This document shows positions 56,458-64,000 of a DNA stretch of 64,000 nt, piece after piece. Positions within the stretch are counted from its first letter, which is position 1. The number at the start of each line of letters is the position of its first letter. The notes beneath the pieces were generated by a model. It made no database searches and was not told the origin of the DNA. It saw only the letters and a list, made by a program, of their open reading frames with translations. The stretch lies in assembly GCA_038227875.1 (NCBI GenBank), contig JBBRPR010000022.1, positions 1 to 64,000 on the forward strand. The letters run 5' to 3'. Origin of the DNA: Planctomycetota bacterium (lineage in GTDB: Bacteria > Planctomycetota > SZUA-567 > H5-PLA8). A program made the translations under genes and the position numbers.

Positions 56458-56964
56458 TTAGCGCAGATCGTCGAACTTCAGGACCATTTCGACGACCAGC
56501 TGATGGCCGGCAATGTCGAAGTAGCCCGCGCACCAATTGCCGCCCGAGAGGGTTTGGGTCGTATGATGCGGACCGACGACGACAGTCGGGACGGACATCT
56601 TCACGGCTTCGCCCACGCAGGACGAAAGCGTGGTCTTGAAGCTCCCGACCGTAATGTTGGCGATTTCGCCGACCGCGTCGCGGACTTCGTCGCTGATCTC
56701 CGCTGGCGGATTAGCCATCGGCGGCTCGCCAATCATCGCCAGCGAAAGCGTGTTGGCCAGCGCGCTGCTGCCGTGAAGAATCACGGTGCCGGTGAGCGCT
56801 GAGCCGGTCAGGACGATCAGTGCCGACACATCAGCAACGATGCGCTGCGCCTGACCCTCCTTCGTCTCCGTCAGCGTCGCCTGCAGACTGGTGGTGCTCT
56901 CAAGTACCTGCGAGACCGCCGACATCAGTCCGGTCGAGAGATCGATTCCGCTTGCCGTTTTCAC
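56458..56964 (-). CDS. cheX: chemotaxis phosphatase CheX family
   Basis: VSALIVLTG, DAVGEIANITVG (ExxN), MSVPTVVVG; GAGGAGG RBS. Confidence 0.88.
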   Translation of the reverse strand: MKTASGIDLSTGLMSAVSQVLESTTSLQATLTETKEGQAQRIVADVSALIVLTGSALTGTVILHGSSALANTLSLAMIGEPPMANPPAEISDEVRDAVGEIANITVGSFKTTLSSCVGEAVKMSVPTVVVGPHHTTQTLSGGNWCAGYFDIAGHQLVVEMVLKFDDLR

Positions 56965-56993
56965 AACGTCCTCCTCGCTCTAACTGCCCCGTG

Positions 56994-57827
56994 TTACTCC
57001 GCCTGGTAATAGACCGCCTTGCCACTTTGTGTCCGCGAGAACCCCTCGCAGACGTTGATCACTGTCTCGGCGCTGCCCAGAAAGAGCGCGCCCTTGGGAT
57101 TGAGACTGCCGCGCAGCTGCTCAAGGATCTGCTTTTTCAGCGGCAATTCGAAATAGATCAGTACATTGCGGCATAGAATCAGATCGAAGCTGCCCATCGT
57201 TTTCAGATTGCCCAGCAGGTTGAGCACCTGAAACCGCGGCATTGTGCGAATTTGGTCTTTCAACTGCCAGTCGCGGCAGTTCTGCGTGAAATGCTTCACC
57301 AGCAGCTGCGCCGGAAGGCCGCGGTTCACTTCCAATTGCGAAAATATCCCCTGCTGCGCCCGGGCCACCGCCTGCGTGGAGATGTCAGTCGCCAGCAAAT
57401 CAACTTTCCAACCGGGAAGTCCGCGGAAATGTTCCTGCAGGAGCATGCAGATGGAGTAGACCTCCTGTCCGGTGGAACACGCGGCGCTCCAGATACGCAG
57501 CGTTTTGCTCGCGGCATTGGCGGCGATGATTTTCGGGAGCAGATCGGTGCGCAGTGCTTCGAAAACGCTCTGGTCTCGGAAAAAGGACGTTTCGTGGGTG
57601 GTCAACGCGTCGACGACATCGTTGCGAAGCATCTTTTCCGAAGGAGTGCGAACCCGGCGAAGGACCTCGGTGCTGGTGGTGTTCAAGCGGCGTGCAAGAT
57701 CGTATAGGCGTGTCTCGACCAGATACTTTTTAGTCGTATCGAGTACGATTCCACACTCCGCGAAAATGAACTGTTGCACGAACGTCAGATCTGCAACAGT
57801 CAGCGCGCTATCGCCGACGACAAACAT
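56994..57827 (-). CDS. cheR: chemotaxis methyltransferase
   Basis: DALTTHETSFFRD, IWSAACSTGQEVYS, FDLILCRNVLIYF. Confidence 0.95.
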   Translation of the reverse strand: MFVVGDSALTVADLTFVQQFIFAECGIVLDTTKKYLVETRLYDLARRLNTTSTEVLRRVRTPSEKMLRNDVVDALTTHETSFFRDQSVFEALRTDLLPKIIAANAASKTLRIWSAACSTGQEVYSICMLLQEHFRGLPGWKVDLLATDISTQAVARAQQGIFSQLEVNRGLPAQLLVKHFTQNCRDWQLKDQIRTMPRFQVLNLLGNLKTMGSFDLILCRNVLIYFELPLKKQILEQLRGSLNPKGALFLGSAETVINVCEGFSRTQSGKAVYYQAE

Positions 57828-58852
57828 CGTTCCACCTCTGCTGCCACGTTTTGAATCGGCACCACCACATCGGCCAGACCAGCTTCGACCACCACTCCGG
57901 GCATACCCCACACCACACTGGATTCCTTGTCCTGCGCTATGATCCGCGCCTTATGGCGGCGCAATTCCTGGACACCGAGCAGACCATCGCGTCCCATGCC
58001 CGTCAGAATCGCGCCCAACGCCGCCTGACCGTAGACTTCGGCCACGGAACGGAAGAGGACATCGACCGCGGGACGACAGGAATTCTCCTGCGGCCGCTGA
58101 TCCAGCGCGGTGAACACCTGTCCTCCCATGCGCTTGACCGTGAGATGGTAATTTCCGGGCGCGATGTACGCGGTGCCTGGTGTCAGTAGCATGCCAGCTT
58201 CGGCCTCAACCACGGAAATTTCTGAATCCGCGTCGAGGCGTTCGGCCAGCAGGCGCGTGAACATCGGCGGCATGTGCTGGACGATCACGATAGGCACAGG
58301 GATATCTTTCGGCAGCATCGGAAGGAGTGTCGCCAGCGCATTGGGGCCGCCGGTGGAGACGCCGATTGCAACAATCTGCCGCTGCACGCGCTTATTTGAA
58401 TCGCGCCAGGTCGGCCGGATCACAGCTTGCGGCGCCGGGACATGGACTTTGAACTGCTTGATCTTGGCGATCAGTTCATCTTTGATGTACGCCGTATTGG
58501 CAGCCACACTGCCAAGATCGGCACCCTTGGGCAGGAAATCTGCCGCGCCAAGCGCCATCGCTTCGAGAGTCTGGGCGGCGCCGCGTTCGGAATGGACGCT
58601 GAACACGATCACGCGAATGTGCGGATGCGTGGCCTTCAGCCGCCGCAGCACGCCCATGCCGTCCAGTTCCGGCATTTCCAGATCGAGTGTGATCACGTCG
58701 GGGTTAAGCTGAGCGACTTTCTGCAGCGCGATGTTGCCATTGGGCGCGGTGCCGGCGAGTTGCAATTCCGGATCGGCGGAAATCACGTCGGAAACGACAC
58801 GACGGAAGACCACGGAATCATCCACAACCAGTACGCGCAGCGGCCTGTTCAT
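57800..58852 (-). CDS. cheB: chemotaxis methylesterase (REC + CheB)
   Basis: VVDDS, GVSTGGP, VQHMP, RPAVDVLF, LTGMGRDG. Confidence 0.96.
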   Translation of the reverse strand: MNRPLRVLVVDDSVVFRRVVSDVISADPELQLAGTAPNGNIALQKVAQLNPDVITLDLEMPELDGMGVLRRLKATHPHIRVIVFSVHSERGAAQTLEAMALGAADFLPKGADLGSVAANTAYIKDELIAKIKQFKVHVPAPQAVIRPTWRDSNKRVQRQIVAIGVSTGGPNALATLLPMLPKDIPVPIVIVQHMPPMFTRLLAERLDADSEISVVEAEAGMLLTPGTAYIAPGNYHLTVKRMGGQVFTALDQRPQENSCRPAVDVLFRSVAEVYGQAALGAILTGMGRDGLLGVQELRRHKARIIAQDKESSVVWGMPGVVVEAGLADVVVPIQNVAAEVERCLSSAIAR

Positions 58853-59235
58853 TGCTCGATGGCTCCCATCAGCATCTGCAGCTTTTCCTGGAGCGCTTCG
58901 GGCCCAAAGGGTTTCATCAGGTATTCGTTGGCGCCTTCGTTCAGCGCCAGGACCACTCCTGCCATTTCCGATTCCGACGTGACCATGCAGACGCGCACGT
59001 CTTTAAACCGCACGTCGGCGCGCAGGACACGCAGACATTGGATGCCGTCCATCACCGGCATGTTCCAATCGAGCAGGATAAAACCGATTCCCGGAACGCG
59101 GTTGAGCGTCTCCAGTGCCGTGCGGCCGTTGTCGGCTTCGTAGACTTCAACTTGCAACGCACGGAGGCTGTTGCCCACGATGCGCCGGATAACACGGGAG
59201 TCATCCACAACCAGGGCTTTCAAAGGTCCGCTCAT
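58849..59235 (-). CDS. cheY: CheY-like single-domain response regulator
   Basis: LVVDDS, LLDWNMP, YLMKPF; ATGA overlaps with cheW and cheB. Confidence 0.88.
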   Translation of the reverse strand: MSGPLKALVVDDSRVIRRIVGNSLRALQVEVYEADNGRTALETLNRVPGIGFILLDWNMPVMDGIQCLRVLRADVRFKDVRVCMVTSESEMAGVVLALNEGANEYLMKPFGPEALQEKLQMLMGAIEQ

Positions 59236-59720
59236 GATTCTGATGGTCCTCCGACTTGGATGACGCGATTGACGTTCAGTGCGATAAGCAGCGTCGATTT
59301 CAGTTTGTATACGCCCTCAACCAGCTCACGCTGGACGCCTTTTAACATGTCGGGTGATTGTTCGAAGACATCAGCGCCAACTTCAATGACGTCACCGATT
59401 TCGTCGACCAGCAGCGAGACTGGACCGTCGCTGGTCTGCGCGACCAGGTTCATCACCGGTGCATCGGACTTGCGCGCCGCCAATCCCAGTCGCAGACGCA
59501 AATCAATCGCGAGCACAATCTGGCCGCGAAGATTGATCAGGCCGCTAACCACCGGCGTCGCCAGGGGCACGCGCGTCATGGCTTGAGCGCGGATGACTTC
59601 CTGCACGTGGATGACGTCGACGCCAAAAAGATGACCGCTGAGATAGAAGGTGACAAACTGCCGAGTCCCGACTTTCCCCGGTGCGTCGGCAGCCGAATTC
59701 TTTTCCATAGTTGCAACCAT
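59232..59720 (-). CDS. cheW: chemotaxis coupling protein
   Basis: QFVTF, VQEVI, TRVPLA...GLINLRGQI, LLVDEIGDV. Confidence 0.94.
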   Translation of the reverse strand: MVATMEKNSAADAPGKVGTRQFVTFYLSGHLFGVDVIHVQEVIRAQAMTRVPLATPVVSGLINLRGQIVLAIDLRLRLGLAARKSDAPVMNLVAQTSDGPVSLLVDEIGDVIEVGADVFEQSPDMLKGVQRELVEGVYKLKSTLLIALNVNRVIQVGGPSES

Positions 59721-59745
59721 CTTCGGTACTCCTCAAAAGAGTTTC

Positions 59746-62490
59746 TTAAACCGAGGCCAGTTCCATAACCCGATCACGCTCGGTGGCGAGTTGCGATACA
59801 GCCTTCAGCAATTCTTCACGGTCAATCTTGACCAGATGACGGTCGAATCCGGATGAGGTCGAATGGCGGCGAACGTCATCGGACTCGAGACCGGAGAGCG
59901 CGATCAACGGCAGATGTTTGAGCTCCGGATTGGCGCGAATGGCTTCCGCCAGTTTCCAGCCGTCGACCTGCGGCATGTCGATGTCGCTGATGATGAAATC
60001 CACGGGATGAACAGAGAGGCGCTTCAAGGCTTCGGCGCCGTTGCTGGCTTCGTCCACGGTGTAGCCGGCGAATTCCAGGTACGAACGCGTGAGATTGCGG
60101 AAGAAGGGACTGTCGTCGACAAGCAGGATCTTGCGCACGCCTTTGCGCCCGGAGTTCTGGACAAACACCGGCTGCGACTGGCTGCGACGGAAAAACCCGG
60201 GGTTGGCCGCTTCGATCAGGGCGTAGGGATCCACGAACACCGTCGTCTTGCCCTGCACGATCGCAGTGCCAATGATTCCTGGCCGCTTGTTTTCCACCTG
60301 CGGACGGGCAGATTCGTCGACGATGTCCAGCAGCTTGTGCACGACCATGCCGATCGAGCGTTCGCCGTCGCTGAAGACGATTACCGGCAAGGTCGACGCA
60401 TCCGTCGGCGGAGTGACTCCGACGTGGCTGGCCATGCGCAGCAGCGGCATGACCTGACCGCGATACTGGACGACTTCCCCGTCGTTGGTGCGTTCGACGC
60501 GGGAGATCTGGAATTCCTCGAGACGCGAAACCATCGAGAGCGGCATCGCGAATCGCATCTGTTCGTCGAGTGTAAAGACCAGCAGTGTGGAGCGGTCGGC
60601 CTGTTCGACGGCGACCACTTCTGCCTGCTTGATTTCTTCCTTGTGTTCGGCGGCGTCGGCCGATTCCAACAGACCGGCGCTGTCGAGAATAAGCGCGACC
60701 TGGCCGTCACCCATGATCGTCGAGCCGGCGAAGGCGTGGATACTCTTCAGCGGCTTGACCACGATTTCTTCCGTGTCGTTGACGCTGTCCACGACCAGGC
60801 CGAAGACCTGGTTGTCGGCCGTGAGCACGACGATGTTCACGATCTCATCGCGCGCGGCTCCGTTGGAGAGGTTGGCTCCGGCCGCGTTGGATGTGGCACG
60901 GGTATCTTCCTCAAGCTTCAAAACACTGCGTAGACGGATCAGCGGCAGCAGGTTGCCGCGCAGGCGGTAGACTTCGATGCCCTGCATCCATTCGATACTC
61001 TTGCGTGCGGCTTCGCCTTCCAGACGCACCAGTTCGCGCAGATTGATCTGCGGGATGGCAAAGCGGTCGCCGTTGGCGGAGACGATCAGCGCGGGAATAA
61101 TGGCGAGCGTCAGTGGAATCTTGATCTTGAGCGTGGTGCCGTGTCCAAAGTTGTTGATCACATCCACTGCGCCGCCAATGCGTTCAATGTTGGTCTTGAC
61201 CACATCCATGCCGACGCCGCGGCCGGAGATCGACGTGATTTTCTCCGCCGTCGAGAAGCCGGGGCGGAAGATCAGGTTGACCGCTTCGCGTTCCGACATC
61301 CGTTCGGCTTGCTCTTCGGTGATCAGGCGCTGCTGAATGGCTTTGCGCTTGACGCGCTGAATGTCGATGCCGCCGCCGTCGTCGGCGACTTCAATGTTGA
61401 CCTGGCCGCCTTCGTGAAACGCACGCAGGCGGATTGTGCCACGGCGCGACTTGCCCTTGCGTACGCGTTCGTCGGGAGATTCCACGCCATGGTCGATGGC
61501 GTTGCGGACGATGTGAGTAAACGGATCCTTCACGGCCTCGAGGATGGTTTTATCCAGCTCGGTCTCCGCGCCTTCCACATGCAGGTCGACTTCCTTGCTC
61601 ATGGAATTGGAGACGTCGCGAACCAGCCGAGGCAGTTTGTTCCAGACGCCGCCGATGGGCTGCATGCGGGTCTTCATTACATTTTCCTGCAGTTCGGTGG
61701 TGATCAAGTTGAGTCGCTGCGAGGAATTCACGATGGCTTTGTTTTCCAGCGTCCCCGCGAACTGCAGAATCTGATTGCGTGTCAGCACCAGCTCGCCGAC
61801 GAGGTTCATCAGGCGGTCGAGCAGCGACACTTCGACGCGGATGGTGCTGTCCGCGGTGTTCGATTTGACGGCTTCGGCTGCCACGACATTGACGTCGCCG
61901 GAATCCTTTGGATGCGGTGCTTCGACATGTGGCACTTCAGTCACTGGCTTCGCCGGAGCAGGTACGACTGGAGCAGTCACGATGGGCGGCGTTGTAACAG
62001 GAGCCGTTACAATGGAAGGCGCTTCCATCGCTACGGTCGCCGCAGGCACCGCGGCCTTGATGGAAAGCCGCCGGGCGGGAGATGCGGCCGCGGACGAACC
62101 AGCTTCGGCCGGCGCGCCCTCCGCGATAGCTTTCAGCCGTTGAATAATCGGGGTGTAATCCTTGTCGCTCTCAGCGGAAGTCGCATCGATGGTGGCGAGG
62201 ACGTCCTTCACGGCGTCGACGCCTGCCAAAAGCGCGTCGATCGTCGCGGGGGTAGCCTTCATCTTTCCATCGCACATCTTGGCCAGAATGTCTTCGGCAA
62301 AGTGGCTGATGGAGACGAGTTTCGGAAAATTGAGAAAGCCGGCAGTACCTTTGATCGTATGGATCGTCCGGAAGATGCTGGCCAGCAATCCTGTGTTCTC
62401 AGGATCCTTTTCGAGCTGCACAAATTCTTGATCGAGACGCGATAGATTCTCGTTTGACTCAACCAGGAAGTCTCGTGTGATGTCGTCCAT
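59746..62490 (-). CDS. cheA: hybrid chemotaxis kinase Hpt-dimer-HATPase-CheW-CheW-REC
   Basis: IFRTIHTIKG, HIVRNAIDHG, GFSTAE...SGRGVGMDVV, two CheW domains, C-terminal REC ILLVDDS...SDIDMP. Confidence 0.96.
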   Translation of the reverse strand: MDDITRDFLVESNENLSRLDQEFVQLEKDPENTGLLASIFRTIHTIKGTAGFLNFPKLVSISHFAEDILAKMCDGKMKATPATIDALLAGVDAVKDVLATIDATSAESDKDYTPIIQRLKAIAEGAPAEAGSSAAASPARRLSIKAAVPAATVAMEAPSIVTAPVTTPPIVTAPVVPAPAKPVTEVPHVEAPHPKDSGDVNVVAAEAVKSNTADSTIRVEVSLLDRLMNLVGELVLTRNQILQFAGTLENKAIVNSSQRLNLITTELQENVMKTRMQPIGGVWNKLPRLVRDVSNSMSKEVDLHVEGAETELDKTILEAVKDPFTHIVRNAIDHGVESPDERVRKGKSRRGTIRLRAFHEGGQVNIEVADDGGGIDIQRVKRKAIQQRLITEEQAERMSEREAVNLIFRPGFSTAEKITSISGRGVGMDVVKTNIERIGGAVDVINNFGHGTTLKIKIPLTLAIIPALIVSANGDRFAIPQINLRELVRLEGEAARKSIEWMQGIEVYRLRGNLLPLIRLRSVLKLEEDTRATSNAAGANLSNGAARDEIVNIVVLTADNQVFGLVVDSVNDTEEIVVKPLKSIHAFAGSTIMGDGQVALILDSAGLLESADAAEHKEEIKQAEVVAVEQADRSTLLVFTLDEQMRFAMPLSMVSRLEEFQISRVERTNDGEVVQYRGQVMPLLRMASHVGVTPPTDASTLPVIVFSDGERSIGMVVHKLLDIVDESARPQVENKRPGIIGTAIVQGKTTVFVDPYALIEAANPGFFRRSQSQPVFVQNSGRKGVRKILLVDDSPFFRNLTRSYLEFAGYTVDEASNGAEALKRLSVHPVDFIISDIDMPQVDGWKLAEAIRANPELKHLPLIALSGLESDDVRRHSTSSGFDRHLVKIDREELLKAVSQLATERDRVMELASV

Positions 62491-62560
62491 ATGCGTCGGT
62501 TCCCTTTTTCAAAAACGCCAGAGTGCGAATATTTCCGGAGTCCTTACGGAATCCCTAGGT

Positions 62561-62576
62561 CGCAATGAGTATGCCA
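62561..62576 (-). promoter_or_regulatory. sigma54 (-24/-12) promoter of the che operon
   Basis: TGGCAT-ACTCA-TTGCG versus consensus TGGCAC-N5-TTGC, 70 nt above cheA ATG. Confidence 0.75.
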
Positions 62577-62756
62577 TGGAAGGTGAGGGGCAGATTCTGC
62601 CCAGTCAGTAGTACGGCAAGATTGCTGATAAAAGGTGTGAAAGTTCTGCCGTCCCAACATTAGGACAGTGTCGCGCACGACTTAGGACGAAGAGTGCTGT
62701 CAAAAATAAGAATGCGCGCCGAAGTTGGCGCGCATCGCTGGGTGAACTTTCGCCAA

Positions 62757-64000
62757 TTAATTCTTGGCGGCGTAGGCCTTGGCTTCCGGCGACGGATCTT
62801 TCGTCAGCAACTTCTGGAGCAAGGTGTAAATCATCTGGCGTTCGTCTTCGCCGATCGGCGTTTCACCTTTGGTTCGCTGCACCTGTTCGATCACCTGCTG
62901 TACGCCGTTGTTTTCCAGATCGCGCGTGGAGGTTACGAATTCCAGGCGCCCGTCCATCAACACGAATCGTTCGATCACGTTTCGCAATTCGCGAACGTTG
63001 CCTGGCCAAGTGTGCTTCTGCAGTATCGCTTTGTTTTCATCGGTGAGCGTAGGGATTTCGCCGCTGATGTCCTTGGAGAAATGCTTTACGAAATTCTCAG
63101 CGAGCGGAATCACGTCGGCTGGGCGTTCTCGCAATGGCAATAAGTGAATTGGAATGACCGCGAGTCGATAATACAAATCTTCTCGGAAGCGGCCCTGCCG
63201 CACCGCGGCGGCCAGATCGACATTCGTGGCGGCGATCACGCGTGCTTCGAGCGGAATTTCCTGAGTGCCACCGACGCGCCGGAAGTTGCGTTCCTGCAAC
63301 ACGCGCAGCAGCTTGCTCTGCAGTTCCAGCGTCAGGTCGCCGATTTCGTCGAGGAAGATCGAGCCATCGCCCGCGGCTTCGAAGTAGCCCTTGCGCGTGG
63401 CTTTGGCGTCGGTGAACGAACCTTTCTCGTGTCCAAACAACTCACTTTCCACGAGCGTGACTGGGATTGCGGAGCAATTCACGGCGACGAAGGGCTTGTC
63501 GCGGCGGTCGCTGGACCGGTGCAATCGACGTGCAACGACTTCTTTTCCTGTGCCAGTCTCACCGGTTATGAGAACGGTGGTCGTGCGACTGCGGGCGATT
63601 GTGCGCAACTTCATGGCGACTTCGCGCATGGGATTGCTGACGGCCATCATCTCGTTGTCGGAATGGTTCGCGGGATCAGCGGTTTCCTTGGCGGGCGTTT
63701 TGGTCAGGCTGATTTTGCGGAGGATTTCAAGCAAGGTGTTGATGTTGAATGGCTTGGGCAGAGCTTCGAACGCACCGAGCTTCATTGCTCGCACGGTTTC
63801 AAGCACGCCGATCGAGCCGCTCACGATGATGATCTTCATGTCAGCCGAAACACGCTTTACGCGCTGAAGTACTTCAAAGCCGTCCATTTCCGGGAGATTG
63901 ATGTCGAGGAGCATCGCGTCGTACGTATTGTGCTCGACCATCTCGACAGCCTGCGAACCTGTGTTGGCGATGGTGACCATCCACCCTTGCTGCTGAATCG
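62757..64000 (-). CDS. NtrC-type sigma54 activator (REC + AAA+), 5' end outside the window, no C-terminal HTH visible
   Basis: LLDINLP, GETGTGKE, ESELFGHEKGSFTDA, FLDEIG, FREDLYYRL, WPGNVRELRN; frame open to the window edge. Confidence 0.93.
   Translation of the reverse strand, partial: IQQQGWMVTIANTGSQAVEMVEHNTYDAMLLDINLPEMDGFEVLQRVKRVSADMKIIIVSGSIGVLETVRAMKLGAFEALPKPFNINTLLEILRKISLTKTPAKETADPANHSDNEMMAVSNPMREVAMKLRTIARSRTTTVLITGETGTGKEVVARRLHRSSDRRDKPFVAVNCSAIPVTLVESELFGHEKGSFTDAKATRKGYFEAAGDGSIFLDEIGDLTLELQSKLLRVLQERNFRRVGGTQEIPLEARVIAATNVDLAAAVRQGRFREDLYYRLAVIPIHLLPLRERPADVIPLAENFVKHFSKDISGEIPTLTDENKAILQKHTWPGNVRELRNVIERFVLMDGRLEFVTSTRDLENNGVQQVIEQVQRTKGETPIGEDERQMIYTLLQKLLTKDPSPEAKAYAAKN

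Overview
GC-rich (~60-65% by eye) bacterial chromosomal window, probably Planctomycetota/PVC (inferred from protein families, not from a marker gene). It holds about 50 protein-coding genes; I found no rRNA, tRNA, CRISPR array, integrase or transposase. 1-22 kb: a sialate O-acetylesterase, an OmpR/histidine kinase pair, aroF, two tandem B-box-zinc-finger membrane paralogues, oxidoreductases, a CarH-like regulator, trmO, a PilB/GspE ATPase and an MFS exporter. 22-30 kb: modular secreted/surface proteins. 30-49 kb: glmS, floA plus a yqfB-like gene, fxsA, an exonuclease, a lyase/acyltransferase/AraC locus, a CobW-like GTPase and an RND pair. 49-64 kb: a minus-strand signalling/motility block (sigma54 activator, cheA-W-Y-B-R-X, two TPR genes, a lone flgB, a hybrid kinase, an HDOD protein). 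Signals the ORF track misses: (1) an ArsC-like selenoprotein with an in-frame UGA (UxxC) and a SECIS-like hairpin; (2) two unrelated secreted proteins sharing a ~140-aa basic C-terminal domain, a candidate undescribed surface-sorting/anchoring signal; (3) one in-frame TAG splitting one of those genes; (4) intergenic hairpins built from interchangeable heptamer arrays after successive genes, plus a GTAG-type REP family; (5) an HTH-less sigma54 activator upstream of two -24/-12 promoters. All family assignments come from motif recognition by eye; no database search was run.
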